Origin: Candidatus Bathyarchaeota archaeon
GTDB lineage: Archaea > Thermoproteota > Bathyarchaeia > Bathyarchaeales > Bathycorpusculaceae
Assembly: GCA_963828195.1 (NCBI GenBank)
Contig: CAWHDT010000008.1
Span: 32,001 to 96,000, forward strand
Reading direction: 5' to 3'
Length of the DNA: 64,000 bases
Shown: piece by piece, positions 10,161-18,869 of the stretch
Numbering within the stretch: position 1 is the stretch's first letter
Layout: the number at the start of each line of letters is the position of its first letter
Notes under the pieces: generated by a model
The model's input: only the letters and a program-made list of their open reading frames with translations
Told to the model about the DNA's origin: nothing
The model's database searches: none
Translations under genes and position numbers: made by a program

Positions 10161-11279
10161 TTGAAATTATCAATTCATGCTATTTCAGATGGAAAAATGT
10201 TAGTTGAAATCCAAAAAGAGTTAGACAATTTCCTAATAAGCAATGGCAGCAATCCATTCGTATTAAGTGAATTTCTGAAAATGAAATTCGAGGATGTGTT
10301 GGTAGAAGATGTAGTTCCATTGATTTTAGTTCTCAGGGTTGACGGTAATATCGTTGGGGTGGCCCCCATTTCAATCAGAAAAAAATTTGGGCTTCGATTT
10401 GTTAAGATGCTTTTCAGTTTTGAATTCTTCCCAGATTTCACATTTGATAAGACATATAGCGAAGATTGTATGCGTTTGGTTTTTGATTACATTTTTAATC
10501 AGTTACACTGCTTTTTTGTGGCATTGGATTTACCTGTTGATTCTTTGAACATGCCAATATTGGAGCGCGAATGCAAGCTCGAACGAGTTTCCATATTTAA
10601 GAAAAATTATCCTTATCTGAATCATTCTATAATTATTGTCGCGGCTACATGGGATGACTTTCAAAAATTGAAAGGTTATCATTTCAAAAAAAGGTTTAGA
10701 AGGATTGAGCAGCGTCTCAGTAATGTAGGCCCATGGCGTCTCTTAGTTTTTGAAAACGAAAATAATGAAGAAGAGGTTCTGCAAAGAATATTAGGTGTTG
10801 AGGAAGCGAGTTGGAAACAAAATTGGAGGTTTCAGCACAACATCACGATTGATGGTGGGTTGTTGAGGTTGTGGCGAGCATCGAGTTTAGCTCTTAAGAC
10901 TTACGATGGTTTTAAGCGGTATGTTTGGCTTCTGGATTTAGGTGGTAAGGATATAGCTTATTCTCTAGTTTTTGAGTACAAAGAAACTGCCTACTTTGTA
11001 AAAACAAGTTTTAATAATGAATTTAGGCGACTGTACCCCGGCATCTATACTAACCATGTGGCGATAGAGAGCTTTTTTACTTCAGGCAATGTTAAGGCGA
11101 TTGATTTTTTGACGAATTTGCCCTTTCATAAAATATGGGCATCCAATTATCTCTCAGGAGTTAGGGTTTTGCTATGTAAAGGTTTTTTGCCAAATTTATT
11201 AGAGTTAACTATTCAACAACCGCAAATAAGAAGGGTTATGTGGCGTTTGATTCCAGGGTTGATGCAACAAATAGAATAG
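10161..11279 (+). CDS. GNAT N-acetyltransferase, CelD/BcsL-like (Acetyltransf_6)
   Basis: IVGVAPI, EEASWK, KTSFNNEFRRLYPG and IDFLT...HK.W. Confidence 0.82.
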   Translation: MKLSIHAISDGKMLVEIQKELDNFLISNGSNPFVLSEFLKMKFEDVLVEDVVPLILVLRVDGNIVGVAPISIRKKFGLRFVKMLFSFEFFPDFTFDKTYSEDCMRLVFDYIFNQLHCFFVALDLPVDSLNMPILERECKLERVSIFKKNYPYLNHSIIIVAATWDDFQKLKGYHFKKRFRRIEQRLSNVGPWRLLVFENENNEEEVLQRILGVEEASWKQNWRFQHNITIDGGLLRLWRASSLALKTYDGFKRYVWLLDLGGKDIAYSLVFEYKETAYFVKTSFNNEFRRLYPGIYTNHVAIESFFTSGNVKAIDFLTNLPFHKIWASNYLSGVRVLLCKGFLPNLLELTIQQPQIRRVMWRLIPGLMQQIE

Positions 11280-11564
11280 GCATAAACTAGAATTCAGTCA
11301 ATCTTGGAGAACGAAAGCTGAAAATATCCCTTTGAACTTTATAAGTTTAATTAGGATTGACTGATCGAATAACCAGAGTTTAAAGACATTCTGGGCAAAA
11401 CGCACAGGGCGGATTAAAATAATTTCCATTTATATTAGAAAAGCTCGACCGCGTTTTATCGATGTTAATGCAGAGGTCAGCACATATTACCGTTGTATGC
11501 GGTCGAATTCTTTGTATGAAAAGATCGTTGAGAGTTTTGCAAATAAAATGAAGTGGGGAGAACA

Positions 11565-12920
11565 ATGAGTAAACCAGTTTGCAGCGTTCAGCCCCGACGT
11601 TTTCTTAGCGCGCATGAGCGTCTGATATTATCAGAAATATCGACGCTGAATAGCCTACCGTTCATAATTCTGGATTGGAAGCGGACCCAGGGGCTTAAAG
11701 TCTCCCAGTTGAGAGACCTTCAAAACAAGAGACTGCGTGCACTAATTAAGCACAGCTACGATCATGTCCCATATTATCACAAACTTTTCATTAAAGAACA
11801 CCTAACTCCAGAGGACATAAAAACTATTGATGACTTGGAAAAAATACCAATAACTAAAAAAACCGATATAAGTAGTTTACCCATACAAAACATTACGGCC
11901 AATAACTTTAATCTAAGCAAATGCGAAAAACGGCTAACATCTGGGTCATCGGGTGTTCCTTTAACATGTTACAGAGACGGGAAAGATTTCCTAAAAAGAT
12001 GTTTTGACGAATACCTTTTCCATTTAAGTCACAATGAAAAAATCACCGACAAACGAATTTTAATGGGTGGGATGGTACCCTCGCCTTCAAACATTTTCCA
12101 AAGATTTGGAATGCTTAGGACAAAAGAGGTTTCGCCACTGGGACATCCACGGGAGCAACTCTGCGAGATAAAAGATTATGGCGCTAAAGTCCTTCTTACT
12201 AATCCGTCGAGCGCTTTAGCTATTTCCAAAGAAGTTAGGGAATCTGATTTGAAAGGGATCGAATTATCTTTAATTTTTACAGTTGGAGAACTCTTGCTGG
12301 GAAGTACTCGCCGTTTTATAGAGGAAACCTTTGAAGCGAGAGTGTTTGACCAATATGGAGCTACCGAAGTTGGCAAGATAAGTAGAGAGTGTAATGAGCA
12401 CTCTTATCACATTCATCATAACATTATAGTTCAAACCACGAAGGATGGCGAAACTCTTTCTGCAGGTGAGGAAGGTGAAATAACAGTAACTAACATCGTC
12501 AATTTTGCTCAACCGTTCGTAAGGTATAATCTTCAGGACTCCGGGCTGGTACTTGAAGATGAATGCTCATGTGGTCTCCATCATCCTTTGATGAAGCTAA
12601 CATCGGGACGGGTTAGCGATTTCATTAATCTTCCAAATGGGCGATTTATCTCGGCACTCGAAGCTAATGATTTTTTAAGTTTTATGCAGACGGAGCTCAA
12701 GCAATATCAAGTAATCCAAGAAGCTTCGGATCGGTTAACTGTTAAACTTGTCAAAGGAAAGGGTTTTAAAGATAACATTATAACAGAAATCAAAAAGTCA
12801 TATGGAAAAAGCCTTGGTCCTGAAATGCAAATTGATGTCTTGGTTGTTGATGACATCCCGAGAGAAAAATCGGGTAAATTCAAACTATTTAAAACGAACG
12901 TCCATAAGAAATTAATGTAA
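11565..12920 (+). CDS. Phenylacetate-CoA ligase family protein (CapK-like adenylate-forming enzyme)
   Basis: HVPYY, IPITKK, TSGSSG, DQYGATEVG, PFVRYNLQD, GRVSD and REKSGKFK. Alternative GTG start at 11553. Confidence 0.9.
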   Translation: MSKPVCSVQPRRFLSAHERLILSEISTLNSLPFIILDWKRTQGLKVSQLRDLQNKRLRALIKHSYDHVPYYHKLFIKEHLTPEDIKTIDDLEKIPITKKTDISSLPIQNITANNFNLSKCEKRLTSGSSGVPLTCYRDGKDFLKRCFDEYLFHLSHNEKITDKRILMGGMVPSPSNIFQRFGMLRTKEVSPLGHPREQLCEIKDYGAKVLLTNPSSALAISKEVRESDLKGIELSLIFTVGELLLGSTRRFIEETFEARVFDQYGATEVGKISRECNEHSYHIHHNIIVQTTKDGETLSAGEEGEITVTNIVNFAQPFVRYNLQDSGLVLEDECSCGLHHPLMKLTSGRVSDFINLPNGRFISALEANDFLSFMQTELKQYQVIQEASDRLTVKLVKGKGFKDNIITEIKKSYGKSLGPEMQIDVLVVDDIPREKSGKFKLFKTNVHKKLM

Positions 12921-13329
12921 GCAACAGAAAAATTGTTTGGGGAAGCACCAGAACGACAACAGCGCGATTACGCGTGAAGACGTTAAAGCATGCTGAGAAA
13001 AAGATTTTTACTGCTTCCTTGAATAACTCACCAGACTCCGTTTCTACAATGCCAACACGCTCGAAAGCCCCAGGCATTAGCCATTTTGAAAACTTGGGGT
13101 TCCAGGCGCTCAAAGGGAAACTTCTCAGGGCCCGCTTCGCACATATTCTCTTTTGAACGTTTTTTTAGAAAATTATTTCTAGCCAGTCGTGACTATGAAG
13201 AAGTGCTTTTTAGTTACTATCTGTATTCAGTCCATAAAACAGACAGAATAAGGACGATGCAAATCTTTGAAGCTTACCGCAGCAGACTAAACAAACATAC
13301 TTACAAAATAAGGTCGCGAAAGAAAAAAA

Positions 13330-14913
13330 ATGAGCAAAGCCGCAGAATTGGCTAAAGTTTCAGCAAAAGGTAGCTTTCACCTACTGTGGGGTTTAGTAAT
13401 CTCCACGGGTATCTCCGCAATTGCCACGATTTTCATCGCGAGACTACTCGGTTCAGATCTATACGGCCTATACGGAATCGTGCTGATCACACCCAACCTC
13501 ATAGGAGTATTCCGAGACTGGGGCATAAACTCCGCAATGGTAAGATACACAGCCCAATTCCGCTCAGAAGACAGAGCATCAGAAGTCAGAAGCATACTCA
13601 TCTCCGGAATAGTCTTCGAAATAGCCCTCGGAATGGCATTATCCGCAATATCTTTTTTGCTTTCAGGTTATATTGCGACAGACATATTCCATCGGCCCGA
13701 AATAACATCCTTAATCCAAATAGCCTCAATCACAATCTTAGCCGGCGGACTCATCAATGCAGCCACAGCCGCATTCACCGGCATCGAAAAAATGGAACTC
13801 AACAGTGTCATGCTCGTTTGCCAATCCATCATAAAAACAGTTATCATTATTACACTAGTTATATTGGGATTACGCACATCCGGAGCAGTGATTGGGTATA
13901 CAGTCGCCATGTTAACTGCTGGGCTTATAGGTCTGGCACTTGTGTGGACTCTATACAAGAACCTGCCAAAACTAAGCAATGTTAAACTCAAAATTAGAGC
14001 CTACACAAAATTAATGCTGGCATATGGCACGCCTCTGTCGCTTTCAGCAATCATTGGCGGCTTTCAAAGTCAATTTTACGCTTTTTTGCTGCCAATTTTC
14101 TACGTCACTAACAATTCCGCGATAGGCAACTATGGAATAGCCAGCACTTTCGTAGTTCTAATAGCGTTCTTTGCAACACCGATTACAACGATGCTGTTTC
14201 CAGCGTTCAGCAAGCTCAACCCGCAAAAAGACAAAGAAACCCTGAAAAACGTCTTCCAATTCTCAATCAAATACGCATCACTCCTCGTAGTGCCAGTGGC
14301 AGCGCTCGTTATGTGTCTAGCTGAACCAGCAGTTTCTACACTGTTTGGGAAAACATACTCGACGGCACCACTGTTTTTGACGTTGCTTGCAATCACCTAC
14401 ATCTTCCCAGCCGTCGGAAGCCTAACTGCGGGCAATTTTATCAGCAGTCAAGGAAAAACCACGTTCATCCTGTACCTAAACCTGCTCTCAGCAGTCATCG
14501 GCTTCCCCATGGGTTACATCCTAATTATGAAGTTTGGAGTTTTAGGACTGATTGTAACTACGCTAGTAGATGGGATTCCCTCCACTGTCATATCGCTTTA
14601 TTGGATAAGAAAACATTACGAGCTGAATGTAGACTGGCATTCGTCGGCAAAAATTGTGCTGTCATCCACGATAGCCGCCGCCTCAACCTACATTCTCATC
14701 TCAGAGCTCAGCTTCGCCAACTGGATACGGTTAATTGTAGGCATAATATTCTTCGCATTTGTATTCGTCGCCGCAGCTTTGTTAACTCAAACAATAAACA
14801 AAGCTGACATAGAAAACTTGCGTGGGATGGTAAGCGACCTGGGAATAATTGGCGAAATGTTCAATAGTATTCTAAACATTTACCAAAAACTTATGGAACA
14901 CCTCCGGCATTAA
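13330..14913 (+). CDS. Polysaccharide flippase (Wzx/MOP superfamily)
   Basis: About 14 hydrophobic segments; IARLLG..LYG, DWGINSA, IGNYGIA and LFPAFS. Confidence 0.9.
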   Translation: MSKAAELAKVSAKGSFHLLWGLVISTGISAIATIFIARLLGSDLYGLYGIVLITPNLIGVFRDWGINSAMVRYTAQFRSEDRASEVRSILISGIVFEIALGMALSAISFLLSGYIATDIFHRPEITSLIQIASITILAGGLINAATAAFTGIEKMELNSVMLVCQSIIKTVIIITLVILGLRTSGAVIGYTVAMLTAGLIGLALVWTLYKNLPKLSNVKLKIRAYTKLMLAYGTPLSLSAIIGGFQSQFYAFLLPIFYVTNNSAIGNYGIASTFVVLIAFFATPITTMLFPAFSKLNPQKDKETLKNVFQFSIKYASLLVVPVAALVMCLAEPAVSTLFGKTYSTAPLFLTLLAITYIFPAVGSLTAGNFISSQGKTTFILYLNLLSAVIGFPMGYILIMKFGVLGLIVTTLVDGIPSTVISLYWIRKHYELNVDWHSSAKIVLSSTIAAASTYILISELSFANWIRLIVGIIFFAFVFVAAALLTQTINKADIENLRGMVSDLGIIGEMFNSILNIYQKLMEHLRH

Positions 14914-15236
14914 CTTGAATCGAACAATGAACAAAACGTTTTTATTAACTGTGCATGGAAAAAATTTAGTTTAACCAATTTACATTTCTGCTATTTCTGC
15001 TTGTTTCACCCTTCAACTTGATAACTTGATTCTAAACCTAATTTTCATGTGCGTAATTTCTAGATAACACTCAATTTTAGGCTCAACCCTTATCCTTCAA
15101 ACATCAAAACGATTTTAATCGGTATTTTTTATTTAAAAAACGACGTTGTGTTCTTTTGCAGCCGCGGCTTCCCGCGCGTTATAGCGATTGTTAAATATTA
15201 GAGTTTTCTGGTGTTTCTGTGGCATAACCATGATTT

Positions 15237-15455
15237 CTAATGCTTAATTTTGGATGAGGCAAAAGAACTGCGAAGGTGAGTTTTTCTGTTTGGTTGTGTA
15301 ATTTTGGTTTTAATTTTTCCCTCTGCTTGTCCGACCCAGCAAAGACTCCATCCTATGAACGCGACTAAAACCCCTACGGGAATCATCAACACTCTGAAAA
15401 ACCGTATTCTTCTTTTTTGTATTACGTACGTATTTCTTTGGACTTTACAGGCCAT
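15237..15455 (-). CDS. Small membrane protein
   Basis: One TM segment (VLMIPVGVLVAFIGWSLCWVG), 11 bp downstream of the wHTH gene and probably co-transcribed. Confidence 0.5.
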   Translation of the reverse strand: MACKVQRNTYVIQKRRIRFFRVLMIPVGVLVAFIGWSLCWVGQAEGKIKTKITQPNRKTHLRSSFASSKIKH

Positions 15456-15466
15456 TCGAAATTACC

Positions 15467-15853
15467 TCAGTTAAAGTTTCCGATGTTTGGGTTCTCAATT
15501 GAAACCGTTGCGGTTTTTCGAATATTGTTTTCGGTGATTGCTCGGAAATGTACTGTCTTCGAGATTCGCCGTTTGTTTAGCCAACCCATTCTTGATAGTT
15601 GATTTAGATAATTGCTTTCAATTGCGCGACATCGACCTGTAAGATTAGATACCTGTACCGCGTCGCACTCTCCTTTGGAAGATACGATGACGTAAGTTCT
15701 TCTTAAGTGGTCTGGCAGGGTGATTAGTTCTGATTCAGGTACCTCTACGGCTTGAGGCTTCCAATTTGAAAAGTTGTTTTCAATTTCATCAAGCCGTGAA
15801 CGTATATGCATCATTTCTTTGAATATGTCTTCGAGGATTGACCTTCTAACCAA
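15467..15853 (-). CDS. Coiled-coil plus winged-HTH transcriptional regulator
   Basis: LPDHLRRTY...DAVQVSNLTGRCRAIESNYLNQLSRMGWL..RR.S.TVHF helix-turn-helix-wing. TTG start at 15853 follows an SD-like GGAAGGGAGA. Confidence 0.75.
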   Translation of the reverse strand: MVRRSILEDIFKEMMHIRSRLDEIENNFSNWKPQAVEVPESELITLPDHLRRTYVIVSSKGECDAVQVSNLTGRCRAIESNYLNQLSRMGWLNKRRISKTVHFRAITENNIRKTATVSIENPNIGNFN

Positions 15854-15866
15854 TTTATCTCCCTTC

Positions 15867-16017
15867 CTATAGCTGTACAAGCGAGCAAGCCCCAAATAAC
15901 GTTTTTTGCAAACTGCATTCGAGCAGTTAGTCAACTCCAATAGAAAGAAGCGAAGGCGACTTCGCAGAATTGCAAAGAAGAATTAACAAGGCTTTTTGGC
16001 GCTCGCCTTTCACTATA
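15867..16017 (-). ncRNA. Candidate structured 5' leader RNA of the wHTH gene
   Basis: Nested pairings on the minus strand: UAUAG/CUAUA, AGGCGAGC/GCUCGCUU, AAGCCUUG/UGGGGCUU, UUUGCAA/UUGCAAA. These enclose hairpins GCGAAG-UCGC-CUUCGC and AACUGC-UCGAAU-GCAGUU. Spans from just after a TATA box (~16035-16042) to the SD. Confidence 0.5.
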
Positions 16018-16121
16018 TTTGTAATAATTTTCAAATATATATGCTTTTATCCAGCCTCCTAAGTCTGCGTTGTTTAGTTGGAGACTAAAGCTTGCTACGT
16101 CGACCGCGCCTGAGCGTGCAG

Positions 16122-16598
16122 CTATGGATTTGTGCCCCCGATGCAGATATTGACGCTGAAGCCTGTGACATCCACTATACTTGAGGATACGATCAGGGTC
16201 AGGGTTGCGGCTGCTGATTGCCCAGGCAAAAGGTCAATGCCTTGTTGATTCCACGTTACACTTATTGATCCACTCGCGTTCGTTGAACTCCAATTATTTG
16301 TCGTCATGCTCAGGGTTAATGAGAGGCCGCTGCTTGTGTTTTTGACATAGATTGTTTGATTTGTGGTTCCCCCAGGGCTTAAGGTTCCCCAGTTTATGGT
16401 GCTTAGGGGTTGTGTGCACGCGCTGTCAGAATACACAGCTAAGTTTGCCGACGTGGTCACTGTGCCAATGGAAGGCACATTTTGAGATGTGGTGATGGCT
16501 GCAAAGGCGTTGAGTGATAAAGCTATTGCTAGTATGATTGCTGCCGCCGTGATGATTATCCATAAAAATCTATTCTTCCCTCTGAAATCTTTTTTCAA
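16122..16598 (-). CDS. Secreted TasA/camelysin-like putative fibre subunit (paralogue 1)
   Basis: Signal peptide ending AFA, then ITTSQNVPSIGTV, VYSDSACT and INWGTLSPGGTTNQTIYVKNT. Similar to 16960..17442 and 24026..24487. The CDS is solid; the family call is inference. Confidence 0.6.
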   Translation of the reverse strand: MKKDFRGKNRFLWIIITAAAIILAIALSLNAFAAITTSQNVPSIGTVTTSANLAVYSDSACTQPLSTINWGTLSPGGTTNQTIYVKNTSSGLSLTLSMTTNNWSSTNASGSISVTWNQQGIDLLPGQSAAATLTLIVSSSIVDVTGFSVNICIGGTNP

Positions 16599-16823
16599 AA
16601 ATCTTCCACCCTAAACTCCTTTTCTGTCATCTTTTTCATGACCCTTTTATGCTTTAATCGAAATACGGTTAAACTAGAAGCGAACATAACTTGCATAAAA
16701 AACCCCGAGAAAAACAGAGCATTATTTTCTATAAATTAAAAAATTATTTCTATTTCTAAAACACAGATTATCAAATCAGCAGCTTGCTGAAGCCTAAAAA
16801 TAGCCTACAATGGCACTGCGGTT

Positions 16824-16873
16824 TATTAATGTCAACTGAAAATTTTAGGTCTGACTGCACAGTAAGCCTAAAA
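16824..16873. repeat. Dispersed ~50-bp intergenic repeat (copies at 16824-16873 and 18519-18569; inverted partial copy ~17466-17498)
   Basis: tattaatgtcaactgaaaattttaggtctg-actgcacagtaagcctaaaa vs tattaacgtcacctcaaaatctcaggtccacactgcacaataagcccaaaa; 41/51 identical by manual alignment. Confidence 0.7.
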
Positions 16874-16959
16874 AATCATTTTTCTGCAGACTCTCGTCTT
16901 TGCGCCACTCGAGGCAGCGGCACAGTATCAAGCGGGCTAATCCGCGTCACCTAAGCGAC

Positions 16960-17442
16960 TCACGAGTTCGCCATTCCAGATATTGAAATATCAACGCTGA
17001 AAGACGTAATTCCAGTTGTACTCGCTGCCACTGTCAACGAAATTGTTGCCGCAGTTGATTGCCCAGGTGCAAGCACAACGCCTGCTTGGTTCCAACTTAT
17101 TGTTAACGGCCCATTAGCGCCTGTTGGGCTCCAGTTACTTGTCTGCATACTCAGCGTCAACGGAACGCTTCCTGTATTGTTGACGTAGATTGTTTGGGTT
17201 ACTGTTCCACCTGGCGAAACTGAACCCCAATTTATGGATGTTAAAGGAACAGTGCAAAGACTATCTGAATAAACTCCTAAACTTGGTGAGGCGGTATTTG
17301 AAGTGACGGACACCGATGAGGTAGTGATTGACCCCGACGAAACTATGTTTGCGCTATCACTAACTGTGCCGTAAGCCATCAGAGATAATGCTAACACGAC
17401 TAAAACCAGCGCTATTATTGCAACATACGGGATTCTTCTCAT
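16960..17442 (-). CDS. Secreted TasA/camelysin-like putative fibre subunit (paralogue 2)
   Basis: Signal peptide MRRIPYVAIIALVLVVLALSLMAYG, then TVSDSANIVSSGSI, VYSDSLCT and INWGSVSPGGTVTQTIYVNNTGSVPL. Confidence 0.6.
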   Translation of the reverse strand: MRRIPYVAIIALVLVVLALSLMAYGTVSDSANIVSSGSITTSSVSVTSNTASPSLGVYSDSLCTVPLTSINWGSVSPGGTVTQTIYVNNTGSVPLTLSMQTSNWSPTGANGPLTISWNQAGVVLAPGQSTAATISLTVAASTTGITSFSVDISISGMANS

Positions 17443-17570
17443 AAACTATCCTTACAATAACAAAATGCAGTTTAGCCTATGAATTTCAGTGTACATGAGA
17501 ACAACAAAAATACACAAGATAGTATTTTGCCCGCTTCTCCAAGCCATGACGCTAAAGCGGACCAGCGTCT

Positions 17571-17909
17571 TCAACCTGGCAAAAAATAATTAGAAACTAA
17601 AAAAGCTATAAAGCCTAACATGACTGTTTTGGGGTGGTTGAATGTATGCCAGATCGCCCGCAGGGCGATGCATGTGGTTTTTCCAGCTTGCCTGCTCCAT
17701 CGAACCACAATGCGTTTGCGGGTGTCGCGAAGAAGCTGCGCTTGATACTGCTTTGCGTCGAAGCCAAATAGGTCCATGGCAAAAACAACAGGGTCATCCG
17801 AAACCACTGATCGTTTCTGTTCATGGTTTGGTTCACGTTCCAGCAGATTTTTCTTCTGTCGCTCGATTTCCTTGCTCGCTTCTTTGAGCCTGCAATTTTT
17901 TGACTTCAT
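17571..17909 (-). pseudogene. Truncated phage terminase large subunit (N-terminal ATPase fragment)
   Basis: DPVVFA, adenine-binding YQ motif and Walker A variant VVRWSRQAGKTT. Similarity ends at PKTVML (~17620) and is followed by an unrelated tail and stop. Confidence 0.75.
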
Positions 17910-18234
17910 CGACTAATCGCTCCACTTCAGCTAAATCTTCGTTGAATTGGTGTTCATCGTACCCTTTTGCGAGGTTTCCCATGACCATGGCGATGTGCGC
18001 AGCGATGTGAGCCCACATCTGCCGTTGCTTTGGGGTTATGAACTCTGTTCTGCCGCCGACTCTTTGCCTGTTGACTTCGCCTTTGGCGATTAGGTTGGCG
18101 ATGGTGAAGGTGGCGTCTAGTTTGTCCATCCACATTCTTCGGAGACGCTGCGTGTCGCAATCGGCGGTTTCGCGGAGCTGGGTTATGTGTCTTTGGACAA
18201 AAAATGTGTATCCTCTGTTGGCTCTAGCTCTCAT
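17833..18234 (-). CDS. Helical hypothetical protein upstream of the terminase fragment (possible small terminase subunit)
   Basis: 133-aa ORF with GGGGGA upstream and a coiled-coil C-terminus, overlapping the TerL fragment start. Function is positional inference only. Confidence 0.5.
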   Translation of the reverse strand: MRARANRGYTFFVQRHITQLRETADCDTQRLRRMWMDKLDATFTIANLIAKGEVNRQRVGGRTEFITPKQRQMWAHIAAHIAMVMGNLAKGYDEHQFNEDLAEVERLVDEVKKLQAQRSEQGNRATEEKSAGT

Positions 18235-18869
18235 AATTTAAATCCCCCTGAAAACTTGATCCCGGTTATGTTTGGAGATCCAGCTGTTTAGCTGCAGGAA
18301 AAAGGCGCTCTACAACGCCACTCGACGGCGGCGAAACAGTCATTTTTCCTTGGCTGATACGTATGAGCGGAAAAAGTATTTAGGCATTGTCAACATCTCC
18401 CGCTCAATCGGCAGCTGAGAAATCTTTGTTTTATATAAGAACACGTTAAACATCTATGACTAACTTTTGAATCATACATGATTCATGATTCAAGGCACAC
18501 TGCAATGCGCTTCACCTATATTAACGTCACCTCAAAATCTCAGGTCCACACTGCACAATAAGCCCAAAACACCCATTACCGTGCACCAGCAAGATGAAAA
18601 AAAGCGCAAATATCATCAAATATATTTACTACCGAAGCATAAGTAAAGAGTTCCCAGGTCATTCATTAGAGGAGTAATTTAGGAAGAGAAGTGACGGTAT
18701 GAAGAGAAATCTTCCATCAGCGAATATGCTCTGCTTTTCAGCAGCGGGTGACATATTCCAGTTCTTGAATTATTCAAGCCATAGAAAACTAGCTTATACC
18801 ACGATGCCCTACTCCAAATTACAATCAAACAAGATCCCACATTATTCCAGAACCCCAATCTAAGTTAAC

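Noticed and set aside
12889-13355. Short ORFs between the CapK-like gene and wzx
   Set aside because: Mutually overlapping, no family motifs, and more consistent with intergenic DNA.
13386-14807. Alternative-frame and antisense ORFs within wzx (similar cases within the PQQ-like, Beta_propel and UPF0282 genes)
   Set aside because: Fully overlap well-supported genes, have biased composition and show no recognisable motifs.
16122-17442. Type IV pilin/archaellin identity for the small secreted paralogues
   Set aside because: The hydrophobic stretch is followed by a signal-peptidase-I-like small-residue site. There is no consistent class III (K/R-G/A then hydrophobic) motif across paralogues and no pilus ATPase or TadC nearby.
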